Below, in pieces: positions 34,365-44,897 of a stretch of 64,000 nt of DNA. Source of the DNA: Actinomycetota bacterium (GTDB lineage: Bacteria; Actinomycetota; Actinomycetes; Nanopelagicales; Nanopelagicaceae); the NCBI GenBank assembly GCA_947490845.1, contig CANLHI010000003.1, forward strand, positions 2,774-66,773, in the 5' to 3' direction. Made by a program: the position numbers and the translations under genes. The notes beneath the pieces were generated by a model, which was not told the origin of the DNA, made no database searches, and worked only from the letters and a program-made list of their open reading frames with translations. The stretch's first letter is position 1, and each line of letters begins with the position of its first letter.

Positions 34365-34628
34365 ATGAAAACTTTTGATCAACTTTTCGCCGAACTAACT
34401 AGCAAAATCGAAAGTGGCGACGTTGAGTCAGGTTCTGTAGCTGCAGTTAAGGGCGGGGTTCACAATATTTGCAAGAAGATTTTGGAGGAGGCCGGTGAAG
34501 TGTGGCTGGCGGCTGAGCACGAGAGCGATGATGCGCTAGCGCAAGAGATCAGTCAGTTGATCTATCATCTCCAAACTTTGATGTTGGCTCGTGGCCTTAA
34601 CCCTTCCGATATTTATCGTTACCTATAG
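34365..34628 (+). CDS. hisE: phosphoribosyl-ATP diphosphatase
   Basis: [26 protein letters not shown] and EISQLIYH. Alternative start at 34359. Confidence 0.95.
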   Translation: MKTFDQLFAELTSKIESGDVESGSVAAVKGGVHNICKKILEEAGEVWLAAEHESDDALAQEISQLIYHLQTLMLARGLNPSDIYRYL

Positions 34629-34640
34629 AAACGAGCTAAA

Positions 34641-35486
34641 GTGCTAAAGATTGCCGTTCCAAATAAAGGCTCACTTGCTGACTCCGCTATCGCGATATTA
34701 AAAGAGGCGGGTTATCGCCAAAGAGTTGATTCTCGGGATTTGATACTTGCCGATCCAGATAATGGGGTTGAGTTTTACTACCTGCGTCCTCGCGATATCG
34801 CTCTCTATGTTGGTACTGGAGAACTTGAAGCCGGCATCACGGGCCGTGATTTACTTATTGACTCCGGTGCAAAGGCCTCTGAAATTCTGCCACTTGATTT
34901 TGGGGGTTCTACATTTCGATTTGCTGGTCCAGCAGGTAAGAATTGGCAAGTAAAGGACATTGCAGGTAAGAAAATTGCAACTGCCTACCCAGGCTTAGTC
35001 TCGGATTATCTCGAGAGAAATCACTTGAAGGCAGATGTGGTTCGACTAGATGGCGCAGTTGAGAGCAGTGTGCGGTTAGGAGTAGCCGATGTAATCGCTG
35101 ATGTTGTAAGCACCGGGAACACGTTAAAGCAGGCTGGCTTAGCCATTTTCGGAGATGCAATTTTGCAGAGTGAAGCGATTTTGATTTCCCGCGATGTCAC
35201 TAAATTGCCAGCCGAGTTAGAAATATTATTGCGTCGCCTCCAAGGTGTCGTAACGGCTCGTCAATACGTTTTGCTTGACTATGACATTCCAAAGGTCAGT
35301 GTTGATAAAGCCTGCCTCATTACTCCAGGTTTGGAATCTCCCACAATTTCACCGCTTCAAAGGCTCGATTGGGTTGCAGTTCGAGCCATGGTTTTACGCA
35401 AGGATACAAATAGGTTAATGGATGAACTTTGGGCCTTAGGTGCACGCGGAATATTAGTAACTGATATTCACGCTTGTCGTTTATAG
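34641..35486 (+). CDS. hisG: ATP phosphoribosyltransferase (long form)
   Basis: IAVPNKGSL, RPRDI, LDGAVE and DVVSTGNTL; C-terminal regulatory domain. Confidence 0.97.
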   Translation: MLKIAVPNKGSLADSAIAILKEAGYRQRVDSRDLILADPDNGVEFYYLRPRDIALYVGTGELEAGITGRDLLIDSGAKASEILPLDFGGSTFRFAGPAGKNWQVKDIAGKKIATAYPGLVSDYLERNHLKADVVRLDGAVESSVRLGVADVIADVVSTGNTLKQAGLAIFGDAILQSEAILISRDVTKLPAELEILLRRLQGVVTARQYVLLDYDIPKVSVDKACLITPGLESPTISPLQRLDWVAVRAMVLRKDTNRLMDELWALGARGILVTDIHACRL

Positions 35487-36683
35487 CGCGTCAGATTCTT
35501 CAATTTCCTCGCGCGTAATTCCTAAGAGATAGAGAACTGAGTCCAAGTACGGTGCTGACAGTGAACTGTCGGCGGCGGCTTTAACTGCCGGCTTTGCATT
35601 GAAAGCGATTCCCAATCCGGCAGCTGAAATCATATCTAGATCATTAGCGCCATCTCCGATGGCAATCGTCTGTTCCAGCGCGATGGAGTGCTCGTTAGCA
35701 AAATCACGCAGAGCGCTTGCTTTGCCAGCACGGTCGATGATTGGTCCAGTCAAATTTCCGGTAATTTTTCCATCGATAATTTCTAGGTTATTTGCCCGCA
35801 TGTGTTTAATTCCGAGATCTGCAACTATTGGTGCGATAACGCTTTCGAATCCGCCTGATACTAGGGCAACGTGATGGCCAAGTTTGTGCATCGTGCGCAC
35901 AAGTGTGCGGGCGCCCGGAGTTAAAGTGATTTCTTTCTGCACATCAGTGAGCACGGTCTCTGGCAGCCCGGCTAGTAACTTAACTCGAGCACGTAGACTT
36001 GCCTCAAAATCTAACTCACCGCGCATTGCCGATTCGGTGATTGCAGCAATTTCAGGGCCTTTCCCCGCCTTCTTGCCAAGAAGCTCGATAACTTCTTCCT
36101 GGATTAACGTTGAGTCAACATCCATCACAACTAATTTCTTTGCCCATCTCATTAGTCCGCCGGGGGAGACGGCAATATCGACTGAGTTTTGATTAGCTAT
36201 CTGCGCTAACTCTGTGCGTAATTCCAGAATTGCAACGCCAGAGACGGTTAATTCAATGGCTGTTACTGGGTAGCTTGCGGTGCGATGAATTCTTTCAATG
36301 TTTCCACCGTTGCTCGCTATAGCACTTGCCACTGCAGTGAAGGCACCGGGATTTAGGTCAGGAGCAAGAACAACAACATGACATAGTGCGCGCTTATCAG
36401 CGATACTCGAAATCGAACTCTCTTCGAAAGCCGTTGCTATATCGACTCCAAGACGCGTGGAACATTCTTCAAGGTCGGCTTCTATGGCCTTTGCATGAGC
36501 GGGATTGACGGCTAATAAAACAGTGAGGATTACACGTTCGCGAATTACTACCTGCTCTATATCAAGAATTGTTACTGCAAAAGGAGAGAGGGTTTCAAAT
36601 AACCCTTCAGTAATCCCGGGTTTATCCTCACCAGATAGCAGGATGAGGCCAGTAAATTGCTCAGTTTTTCCATCGGTCATCAT
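35481..36683 (-). CDS. serB: phosphoserine phosphatase with ACT domains
   Basis: Two ACT domains; HAD motifs DVDST, VSGGF and GDGANDL. Start uncertain (36683, 36680 or 36710). Confidence 0.95.
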   Translation of the reverse strand: MMTDGKTEQFTGLILLSGEDKPGITEGLFETLSPFAVTILDIEQVVIRERVILTVLLAVNPAHAKAIEADLEECSTRLGVDIATAFEESSISSIADKRALCHVVVLAPDLNPGAFTAVASAIASNGGNIERIHRTASYPVTAIELTVSGVAILELRTELAQIANQNSVDIAVSPGGLMRWAKKLVVMDVDSTLIQEEVIELLGKKAGKGPEIAAITESAMRGELDFEASLRARVKLLAGLPETVLTDVQKEITLTPGARTLVRTMHKLGHHVALVSGGFESVIAPIVADLGIKHMRANNLEIIDGKITGNLTGPIIDRAGKASALRDFANEHSIALEQTIAIGDGANDLDMISAAGLGIAFNAKPAVKAAADSSLSAPYLDSVLYLLGITREEIEESDAL

Positions 36684-36768
36684 TAGATCGCCTAGATTAT
36701 CGTGAATCACATCTAACTGAACCCTAATTAAGCCTGATTCGCGGTGATACGCGCTATCTTTTTCATCT

Positions 36769-37566
36769 ATGGACAGCCAATCTCAGATGAGCATTCTTGC
36801 AATGCAAGGGGTGAGTGTCTCTCGCGGAGGCCGAAATATTTTAGGTCCCCTAGATTTTAAGATCCAGAACGGTGAACGTTGGGTCATTCTGGGACCCAAT
36901 GGCGCAGGGAAGTCCACACTTTTGAATATTCTGGCGACACGTATTTTTCCCACAAAAGGAATAGTTAAGATTTTAGATAAAGAGATGGGAAAAGTAGATC
37001 TCTCTGAACTTCGTACACGAATAGGAATATGCGCGAGTTTACTTGCTGAAGATATTCCCGATGATGAGTTCGTTCGAGACGTTGTTTTAACTGCAGCTTA
37101 TGCAATTGTTGGCAGATGGAATGAAAGTTATGATCTGTGGGATGAGTCCCGAGCAGTTGCGTTATTGACAACCTTCGGAGTGCGCACGCTGGCCGATCGC
37201 AGATATTTCACCTTAAGTGATGGTGAAAAAAAGCGCGTTCAGATTGCTCGAGCGCTGATGGCCGATCCTGAACTCCTACTTCTAGATGAGCCAACAGCTG
37301 GGTTAGATCTAGGCGGTCGGGAAGATTTACTACAGAGATTTGCACAATTCTCACAAGATCCTTTAGCGCCCGCCAGTATTGTCGTTACACATCACATAGA
37401 AGAGATTCCAGCTGGAACAACACACGCGCTAATAATTAAAGATGGCAAGATAGCGGTGTCAGGTCCAATTTTTGAAGTCATCACATCAGAACATATGTCA
37501 GCGGTATTTGGAATCAAAATAGATGTTACAACGGATGGCCGAAGGTTTTTTGCACGAAGCTCATGA
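36769..37566 (+). CDS. ABC transporter ATP-binding protein (ModF/YlmA-like, no cognate permease adjacent)
   Basis: GPNGAGKS, LSDGE, LLLDEP and VTHH. Confidence 0.9.
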   Translation: MDSQSQMSILAMQGVSVSRGGRNILGPLDFKIQNGERWVILGPNGAGKSTLLNILATRIFPTKGIVKILDKEMGKVDLSELRTRIGICASLLAEDIPDDEFVRDVVLTAAYAIVGRWNESYDLWDESRAVALLTTFGVRTLADRRYFTLSDGEKKRVQIARALMADPELLLLDEPTAGLDLGGREDLLQRFAQFSQDPLAPASIVVTHHIEEIPAGTTHALIIKDGKIAVSGPIFEVITSEHMSAVFGIKIDVTTDGRRFFARSS

Positions 37567-38231
37567 CTAGTTTTCGCAATCAACTGCATCCCTCCTGGGC
37601 ACAGGTGATGCAAGATTTACTGCCGCTCTTGGATGAGATTGAAGAGCAGTTACTTGGCAAGGATTTTCTGCCGGCTCACCAAAACGTCATGAAAGCCTTT
37701 AGCCTAGATTTAGATCAATGCAAGGTCCTAATTGTTGGCCAGGATCCATACCCGAGTCCAGAGCATGCAATGGGGTTATCTTTTTCGGTTCCGGCGCAAG
37801 TGAGCAAGATTCCACCAACGCTTCGAAACATCTTTAAGGAACTTGAGTCAGACATATCTGATGGGCAACCAATTGATGGAGATCTGGCCTTCTGGCATGA
37901 ACAGGGAGTCGTTCTACTAAATCGCACCCTTACCTGCCAAGTTGGAGAGAGTAATTCACACCTTTATTTGGGTTGGTGTCAGATCACAGATCGATGCGCA
38001 GAAATATTAGGTGAACGTGGTGTTATCGCAATTTTATGGGGTAGGAATGCGGGCGAACTAGAGAAATATTCTGCTAAAGATAAAGTGATTGCGAGTGCTC
38101 ATCCCAGCCCACTATCGGCCTATCGCGGATTCTTCGGAAGTAAGCCATTTAGCAGAGCGAATAAGATGCTTGAGCGCGATGGGAAAGCACAAATACAGTG
38201 GATAAAGAAAAACTCGGCCCCGCAGAATTAA
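37563..38231 (+). CDS. ung: uracil-DNA glycosylase (family 1)
   Basis: GQDPYP, GVVLLN and HPSPLS. Confidence 0.96.
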   Translation: MTSFRNQLHPSWAQVMQDLLPLLDEIEEQLLGKDFLPAHQNVMKAFSLDLDQCKVLIVGQDPYPSPEHAMGLSFSVPAQVSKIPPTLRNIFKELESDISDGQPIDGDLAFWHEQGVVLLNRTLTCQVGESNSHLYLGWCQITDRCAEILGERGVIAILWGRNAGELEKYSAKDKVIASAHPSPLSAYRGFFGSKPFSRANKMLERDGKAQIQWIKKNSAPQN

Positions 38232-38248
38232 CCGCGAGGCCGAGTTTT
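38209..38248. terminator. bidirectional intrinsic terminator between ung and the NCS2 permease
   Basis: AAAACTCGGCC...GGCCGAGTTTT inverted repeat with a T-tract on each strand, between convergent genes. Confidence 0.85.
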
Positions 38249-38260
38249 AACTATATTTCC

Positions 38261-39697
38261 TTAACCTACCCAGATATTAATCGGTGAGGATAAGAAGTAG
38301 ATCATAAACAATCCAGAGACGAGTAGAAGAAGTGGGTGGACTTCTTGTCTGCGACCTTGGATATAGCGGATGACCACGTGAGTAACGAAGCCAGCGCCAA
38401 TACCGACAGAGATGTTGTAGGTAAATGGCATCAAGATAATTGTTAGGAATGCAGGAATAGCAATCCCGTAATCATCCCAATCAATTGCTCTAATCTGTGT
38501 CATCATCAAGAATCCGACAATAACAAGAGCTGGAGTTGCTGCCTCATAAGGAATGATCGCAACTAGTGGAGCAAGGAATGTCGTGAGAAGGAAACAAGAT
38601 CCCGTAACAACGGATGCTAAACCAGTACGAGCACCTTCTCCTACGCCAGCAGCTGACTCGATGTAGCTGGTATTTGATGAAATGCTTCCTGCTCCTCCTG
38701 CAACTGCTGCAAGTGAGTCCACGAAGAGAATGCGATCGATATTTTCGACATTCCCATCTTTATCTGTAAGACCAGCTTCGTGACCAATTGCAGTAACTGT
38801 TCCCACTGTGTCAAAGAAATCGGATAGCAACAGCGTGAAGACCAGAAGAATTACTGTAATCAAAGGAACTCGGTCAAGAGAACCAAAGAGATTAAACTGC
38901 CCGAAGAGCGAGAAGTCCGGGGTTGCCACGATATTCTCTGGCATAGCTGGAACGTTCAAATTCCAGCCCTTTGGATTTACTTCTCCTGTTGCTCCGTTAA
39001 AGAGTGGACCAATCTTTAGAGAGGTTTCAATCGCTACCGCGGCGACAGTTGCGATGATAATTCCAATAAGGATCGCTCCCTTAACCTTTTTAACGATTAA
39101 ACCGATGGTTAGAAATAGTCCGAGAGCAAAGACAACTATTGGCCAGCCAACCAAGGTTCCACCATCACCGAGGGTTACTGGAACCGGTCCAGCGCCTGTT
39201 CGGCGCACGAATCCGGCATCAACTAAGCCGATAAGAGCGATGAATAGCCCAATACCAACTGAGATAGCAATCTTTAATTGAGCAGGAACGGCCTTGAAGA
39301 CCGCTGTTCTAAACCCAGTCAGTACGAGGATCGTGATAATTATTCCCTCTAGAACAATTAACCCCATGGCATCGGCCCAAGTCATTTGTGATGCGATTCC
39401 TACCGCAACAAAAGTATTAAGACCTAGACCAGTTGCAATAGCTAGCGGATATTTACCAATTACTCCCATAAGGATGGTTAATACACCTGCCATAAGCGCG
39501 GTCATCGCCGCGACTAGTGCAAGATTAGGTGCATCTCCGCCGCCAATATATTTTCCATCAGCGTCTTTTGAGAGTCCGATGATGAGTGGATTTAGCGCCA
39601 CGATGTAAGCCATTGTGAAGAATGTGACGATTCCGCCACGGACTTCCTTTGCTACTGTGGAGCCACGTTCAGATATTTTGAAATAGCTATCGAGCAT
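38261..39697 (-). CDS. NCS2/AzgA-family purine nucleobase permease
   Basis: TFFTMAYI, DFFDTVGT and SYIESAAGVGEGARTG; about 13 TM segments. Confidence 0.93.
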   Translation of the reverse strand: MLDSYFKISERGSTVAKEVRGGIVTFFTMAYIVALNPLIIGLSKDADGKYIGGGDAPNLALVAAMTALMAGVLTILMGVIGKYPLAIATGLGLNTFVAVGIASQMTWADAMGLIVLEGIIITILVLTGFRTAVFKAVPAQLKIAISVGIGLFIALIGLVDAGFVRRTGAGPVPVTLGDGGTLVGWPIVVFALGLFLTIGLIVKKVKGAILIGIIIATVAAVAIETSLKIGPLFNGATGEVNPKGWNLNVPAMPENIVATPDFSLFGQFNLFGSLDRVPLITVILLVFTLLLSDFFDTVGTVTAIGHEAGLTDKDGNVENIDRILFVDSLAAVAGGAGSISSNTSYIESAAGVGEGARTGLASVVTGSCFLLTTFLAPLVAIIPYEAATPALVIVGFLMMTQIRAIDWDDYGIAIPAFLTIILMPFTYNISVGIGAGFVTHVVIRYIQGRRQEVHPLLLLVSGLFMIYFLSSPINIWVG

Positions 39698-39797
39698 GAC
39701 ATACCTTCCTAATTTTGTTAACGGGGGTGGTTGCGACCCCGTGTGAAATGACGGCTCACAGACCGAGGGAGTAAGACGATCTAAGCCGAATTGCTGG

Positions 39798-40478
39798 CTA
39801 CTTTGAGGTAAGACGCGCTACTACACCGAAAGAAATCGCCACCGCTTGTCCGATTAGAAGCGCAAACAGGGCTGTGCCAAGGCCGATTTTTCCGCCGAGA
39901 AGTGCGCCCACGATTAAGACGGTGACCTCGATGCCCATACGTACTCGCCCCACACGAATGCCTGTTCTTTGATGAATTCCGGTCATGGCGCCATCGCGCG
40001 GTCCTGGGCCCAAACCGCAGGTGATGTAAAGAGATGATCCAACGCCAACGAGTGCGATCCCAAATATGGCCGAGGCTATTCCACCAAACAGAGTCGTTTG
40101 CAAAGGCAAGTGATCAACACCGAATTGGATTGCAGCAGAAATTATTGCAATATTTGCAAGTGTTCCAAATCCAGGTTTCTCTTTTAAGGGGATCCATAGT
40201 AAAAGAACTGCACATCCAGTGAAGAAAGTTGCCCAACCTAGAGTTAGTCCAGTCTTTAAACTCAGTCCTTGCGCAAAGACAGTCCAGGGAGCATTGCCGA
40301 TATTGGATTGCACCACAAAGGCGTCGCCAATACCAAAGATTGTTAGTCCAAAAAACAAAATTACAACGCGACTAAATGAGAGATCCCAACGATGACTTGC
40401 GCGCCAAGGTGTCATAGGAACGGTTTTATGAGGTTTTAAGTGTTGAAGAATCTCTTTCAAGCTATTGGGCAGATGCAT
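39798..40478 (-). CDS. YczE/YitT-like membrane protein
   Basis: GNAPWTVF...GLS and GLGPGPRDG repeat signature; multi-TM. Confidence 0.8.
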   Translation of the reverse strand: MHLPNSLKEILQHLKPHKTVPMTPWRASHRWDLSFSRVVILFFGLTIFGIGDAFVVQSNIGNAPWTVFAQGLSLKTGLTLGWATFFTGCAVLLLWIPLKEKPGFGTLANIAIISAAIQFGVDHLPLQTTLFGGIASAIFGIALVGVGSSLYITCGLGPGPRDGAMTGIHQRTGIRVGRVRMGIEVTVLIVGALLGGKIGLGTALFALLIGQAVAISFGVVARLTSK

Positions 40479-40529
40479 TCTAGGAGTTTATCGCCATTTG
40501 AACTCTAAAGATCGTCTATTCTTCGTTCT

Positions 40530-41264
40530 ATGTTCGTTGGCTTCGGCACAGTTGTAAATATCGCAACCATCATTGGGGGAGCGGGTCTCGGAGTTTTAAT
40601 CGGGGCGCGCATGCTTTTGCGTACTCGCACTCTAATCACTGAAATTCTTGGACTCATAACAATATTGGGAGCCGTAAGTGCGCTAGCTCCGATGTGGAGT
40701 GATCGATATATCGATGCGTTACCGAAGGGTTGGACGCTATTAGCGATATTGGGTTCTCTACTTATTGGTGGACTTATTGGGTCTGCCCTTAATTTGGAGT
40801 CGAAGTTGGATTCCCTCGGTGAAAGTTTGCGAAAAAGATTCGGTGCCCACGAAGAAGGCACATTTGTAGAAGGCTTTGTTGCAGCATCTCTGCTCTTTGT
40901 TATCGGACCCCTTGCAATTTTGGGATCAATCAGCGATGGCATGTCCACTGGTGTCGATCAATTGCTATTGAAATCTAGCCTCGACTTTTTTGCAGCGATG
41001 GCCTTTGCCGCAAGTCTTGGTTGGGGTGTAGCAGCAGCGGCCATCCCAGTTGGAATTTATCAGGGTGCCTGGACGCTAATCGGTTTAGGTTTAGGAAATA
41101 TTTTAAGTGGCTACCAGATTGATGCCATGACAATTACAGGTGGCCTGATGTTGGTCTGCATCGGTCTGCGGTTGCTGAAAATCAAGGATATTGCAGTAGG
41201 TAACTTGCTACCGGCGCTCTTTATAGCTCCGCTATTTGTAACCTTACTGCACGCTTTTCAATAA
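40530..41264 (+). CDS. DUF554 family membrane protein
   Basis: GTVVNIATII, EGFVAASLLFVIGPLAILGSI.DG, LLKSSLD and NLLPAL. Confidence 0.88.
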   Translation: MFVGFGTVVNIATIIGGAGLGVLIGARMLLRTRTLITEILGLITILGAVSALAPMWSDRYIDALPKGWTLLAILGSLLIGGLIGSALNLESKLDSLGESLRKRFGAHEEGTFVEGFVAASLLFVIGPLAILGSISDGMSTGVDQLLLKSSLDFFAAMAFAASLGWGVAAAAIPVGIYQGAWTLIGLGLGNILSGYQIDAMTITGGLMLVCIGLRLLKIKDIAVGNLLPALFIAPLFVTLLHAFQ

Positions 41265-41268
41265 AACT

Positions 41269-42309
41269 TTAGATAGTGGTTGCATCGATTACAAAGCGAT
41301 ATTTAACATCACTTGCTACGGTGCGATCATAAGCCTTGTTTATGTAGTCGGCCTTAATAACCTCAACATCGCTAACGATGTTATGTTCTCCGCAGAAATT
41401 GAGCATCTCCTGCATCTCGGCTATTCCACCAATCATTGATCCCGAAAGCGATCTGCGGGCAGGTAGTAATGATCCAACTTCAACTGCATATGGCTTTCCG
41501 GGAAGGCCAATAACCACAAGGGTTCCATCCACATTAAGCATCTGCAAGTAATCGTTTATATTTAACTCAGCGCTCACGGTATTTAGAATCAGATCAAAGT
41601 GCTTGATCAAACTCTTGTTAAAGTCCGGATTTTTTGTGGAAACGAAATGGTGCGCGCCCATCGCTTTGGCATCACTTTCTTTATTAGGAGAATGTGAGAA
41701 GACGGTTACTTCCGCTCCCATAGCAGCGGCGAATTTAACGCCCATATGTCCAAGACCGCCAAGACCCATCACCGCAACCTTTTTACCAGGACCGGCCTTC
41801 CAATGTTTGATTGGTGAGTAGAGGGTGATGCCGGCACAGAGAAGCGGTGCAACACCATCTAGCGGCAAGTTTTCAGGAATTGAAACTGCGTAGTCTTCAT
41901 TGATCACCATTATGTTGGAATATCCACCCATTGCAGGAGTCTTTCCATCGCGTTCAAGTTGATTATATGTTCCAGTCATTCCCTCGATGCAATACTGCTG
42001 CAAGCCCTTAAGGCATGATGGACATTTACGGCATGAGTCAACAAAGACACCAACACCAATGCGGTCACCAACTTTAAATTTTGTAACTGCGCTACCAATT
42101 TGCGAAACGATGCCAGCAATTTCATGTCCTGGAACCATTGGGAAGAGAGCAGATCCCCACTCTTCGCGGACCTGATGAATATCGGAATGGCAGATACCTG
42201 AATACTTAATATCTAGGCTGACATCGTGAGCTCCTAGATCTCTGCGCTCAAACTCCCATGGAGCTATTGCTGCATTGGCCTTCATGGCTGCATATCCGCG
42301 TACTTTCAT
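41269..42309 (-). CDS. zinc-dependent NADP alcohol dehydrogenase (cinnamyl-ADH/AdhC-like)
   Basis: GICHSD, PGHE, structural Zn C..C..C...C, PLLCAG and KYRFVID. Confidence 0.93.
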   Translation of the reverse strand: MKVRGYAAMKANAAIAPWEFERRDLGAHDVSLDIKYSGICHSDIHQVREEWGSALFPMVPGHEIAGIVSQIGSAVTKFKVGDRIGVGVFVDSCRKCPSCLKGLQQYCIEGMTGTYNQLERDGKTPAMGGYSNIMVINEDYAVSIPENLPLDGVAPLLCAGITLYSPIKHWKAGPGKKVAVMGLGGLGHMGVKFAAAMGAEVTVFSHSPNKESDAKAMGAHHFVSTKNPDFNKSLIKHFDLILNTVSAELNINDYLQMLNVDGTLVVIGLPGKPYAVEVGSLLPARRSLSGSMIGGIAEMQEMLNFCGEHNIVSDVEVIKADYINKAYDRTVASDVKYRFVIDATTI

Positions 42310-42989
42310 TATTTCTCTCCCTTAGTACTTTCGTTTTCTTCGGTAAATGGAAGTGGTTGCGTGGAGATGTGACCGGCTCTGGAAGCTCGCGCTGTTACTT
42401 GGCGCATATGGTGGCGACGACAGAGAACTTCATAGGTGATCTCTGATCCAGGTGCGACATCACCGACTACGACTTGCTCACCTTCGGTAACCATGACTCC
42501 ACCAAGAGTTCGCGCGTTATGTGTTGCCCGAGAACCACACCAACATAGAGCTTCAACTTGCAGAGTGTTGACGCGATCGGCCAGTTCAACTAAACGCGCC
42601 GAACCAGGGAAAAGTTTAGTTCGAAAGTCAGCAAGAATTCCAAAAGCATAAACATCAATGCCAAGGCCGTCGACGATCTTTGCCAATCCTTCAATTTGCT
42701 CAGGTTGATAGAACTGAGCCTCATCGCAGATTATGTAATCGATTCGATCACCAAGAGATAGTCGCTCCACGACTAAACGGTGAATGTCTAAATCCGGATC
42801 AACTTCAATAGCCGCACTTTGCAGTCCTAAGCGAGACGAAATAACTCCAATTCCGGCACGGTCTTTACTAGTGAAAATTAAACCGGTTCGACCGCGACTC
42901 TTATGGTTATGTGCCGTTTGCAGAGCAAGCGTTGACTTGCCGCTATCCATCGTTCCGCAGTAGTAAATCAGTTCAGCCACAGGCGGCAT
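42309..42989 (-). CDS. tdk: thymidine kinase
   Basis: GTMDSGKST, DEAQF, CWCG and LCRRH. Start may be the GTG at VAELI. Confidence 0.94.
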   Translation of the reverse strand: MPPVAELIYYCGTMDSGKSTLALQTAHNHKSRGRTGLIFTSKDRAGIGVISSRLGLQSAAIEVDPDLDIHRLVVERLSLGDRIDYIICDEAQFYQPEQIEGLAKIVDGLGIDVYAFGILADFRTKLFPGSARLVELADRVNTLQVEALCWCGSRATHNARTLGGVMVTEGEQVVVGDVAPGSEITYEVLCRRHHMRQVTARASRAGHISTQPLPFTEENESTKGEK

Positions 42990-43022
42990 CCTGCCATCTA
43001 AAAGGTGATTTCGCAGTATTGC

Positions 43023-44897
43023 TCATCTAATTAGCCCAAGTTGCGTTAATACTCCACCCAATTCCAGGGAGAGGGATCGACTCATTGCGACAGAAATATG
43101 TGAAGCATCGCGATAGGCGACAATTTCATTAACGATTGCGGGACATTTACTTGTGCATAACCAAGGTGTGGGATCTATTTCGGTAAATCCACCAGATATC
43201 TCAGAACTAGATATCTCACTGTCATCACACTTCACACCGCCATTAGCCGCCAGGCAATTTGGTATATCTTGTTTTAGATGCGGGGTATCTGAGATGTAAA
43301 TCAATTTCGATGAGACCCCGCGCAGGCTCTGATAGGCCAATTTCTGACCATCAGACCACCAGCTCTGACGAGATGGAAAACTGTCGGGAACATCAAAGTG
43401 TTGAAAGCCACTAAGAATGATCGCAGCCGGCTTCATTTCGCGCATCCGCTTAATGCTGTTCTCGCGCCACTTGAAACAATCGCGATTCTTATATGCGCCA
43501 ATTTCCACCTTTTTTACTTCAGGTGCGGGACAGGCTGATTTGGTAAGGCTCACCAATTTGAAACCATTTTCATCTGCCAATTTCTCAAGGGCGGGGAACC
43601 ACTGCGCAGCATGCGAATCTCCATAGAGAACGACGGTCTTCGATGAAGATTTATCACCATATGTGCACTCACCAGAAAGTACTTCACCGTTATTAACATG
43701 ACAATCATCCAAATAGACTTTTGGTTTCGTCATCACCTCAACAATCGAGACTGACTTGCCATTTGGCAACTTGATATCTCCACCATCTGTAAACAGAATA
43801 CCAACCGCAAGCACTGCACAAACAAGAGTTGCCAGCGATGAAGATCTAACAATCTTTACCGTACTGAAGTCTCGATTAGCAATTGGCTTCTCCAAGAAAC
43901 GATGAGTTATATCTGCGGCCAAAGCAGTCAGGGCGATAAAGAAGATGCGTTCTAGCAGTGTTAGCGGTCGACCAAATCTTGTGCTTGGAAGAACCAGCAG
44001 CGGCCAGTGCCATAAATAGAATGGATAGGAGATCTCACCTAACCATTGCACGATTCGCAATTTTGATAAATCATTTAATATCGGCGGCCATGAAGCGATC
44101 CCAGCTATCAAAATCGCAGTACCTAAGGTTGGCAAGAGGGCGTTATATCCAGGAAAGGGTGTGCGCTCTGAGAAAATAAAGACAGATGAAATCAGTAGCA
44201 AGGCTCCAAGCCAGACCAATAATGTCGACGCAATCTTTCGTTTCATCTGGACGCTGTTAGGAATGAAAAGCAAGAGCGCGCCGATTCCGAGCTCCCAGGC
44301 ACGGGTTGGTAGAGAGTAAAAAGCCCAAATTGGATTTGCAGAGGTTAGATAAAGCGAGAATAGGAATGAACCGAGTGTTGTCACCAAAATTCCGGCAGCC
44401 ACTGCGCGTCTTTTGCCTATTTTCCAAAGCGAATAAATGAGTATCGGCCAGAAAATATAGAACTGTTCTTCAACCGCCAGTGACCAATAGTGGATTACGG
44501 GGGAAGGAGTGACATTGAGATTTTGGTAATCATTTTGCCAAAAAGCGAAGAGGTAGTTAGAGACATATAAAGAGGCGGCCAATACATCTTTTCCGAGATC
44601 CGCGCGCACGGTCGGTGGGAGTACCAACCAAGAAAAAATGGCGGTAAGTCCCAGAATGCTTAGCGAGGCGGGAAGTAAACGTTTGGCTCGACGCAGATAG
44701 AAAGCTCCATAATTAAACTTTCCTGTGTTGCCAATCTCTTTAATTATGATGCCGGTTATTAGGTAGCCGGATATTACATAGAAGATATCCACGCCGATGA
44801 AACCACCGGGGGATAGCTTTGCGTGAAAGAGAACTACTAGTAATGCAGCGAGAGCTCTAAGTGCTTGAATCTGGTGAATCCGGGGCTTAGCGCTCAA
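43023..44897 (-). CDS. acyltransferase-3 / SGNH fused O-acetyltransferase (OatA/OafA-like)
   Basis: GFIGVDIFYVISGYLIT, RRAKRLLP and HYWSLAVEEQFY. SGNH domain with GDSHA and DASH. Confidence 0.92.
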   Translation of the reverse strand: MSAKPRIHQIQALRALAALLVVLFHAKLSPGGFIGVDIFYVISGYLITGIIIKEIGNTGKFNYGAFYLRRAKRLLPASLSILGLTAIFSWLVLPPTVRADLGKDVLAASLYVSNYLFAFWQNDYQNLNVTPSPVIHYWSLAVEEQFYIFWPILIYSLWKIGKRRAVAAGILVTTLGSFLFSLYLTSANPIWAFYSLPTRAWELGIGALLLFIPNSVQMKRKIASTLLVWLGALLLISSVFIFSERTPFPGYNALLPTLGTAILIAGIASWPPILNDLSKLRIVQWLGEISYPFYLWHWPLLVLPSTRFGRPLTLLERIFFIALTALAADITHRFLEKPIANRDFSTVKIVRSSSLATLVCAVLAVGILFTDGGDIKLPNGKSVSIVEVMTKPKVYLDDCHVNNGEVLSGECTYGDKSSSKTVVLYGDSHAAQWFPALEKLADENGFKLVSLTKSACPAPEVKKVEIGAYKNRDCFKWRENSIKRMREMKPAAIILSGFQHFDVPDSFPSRQSWWSDGQKLAYQSLRGVSSKLIYISDTPHLKQDIPNCLAANGGVKCDDSEISSSEISGGFTEIDPTPWLCTSKCPAIVNEIVAYRDASHISVAMSRSLSLELGGVLTQLGLIR

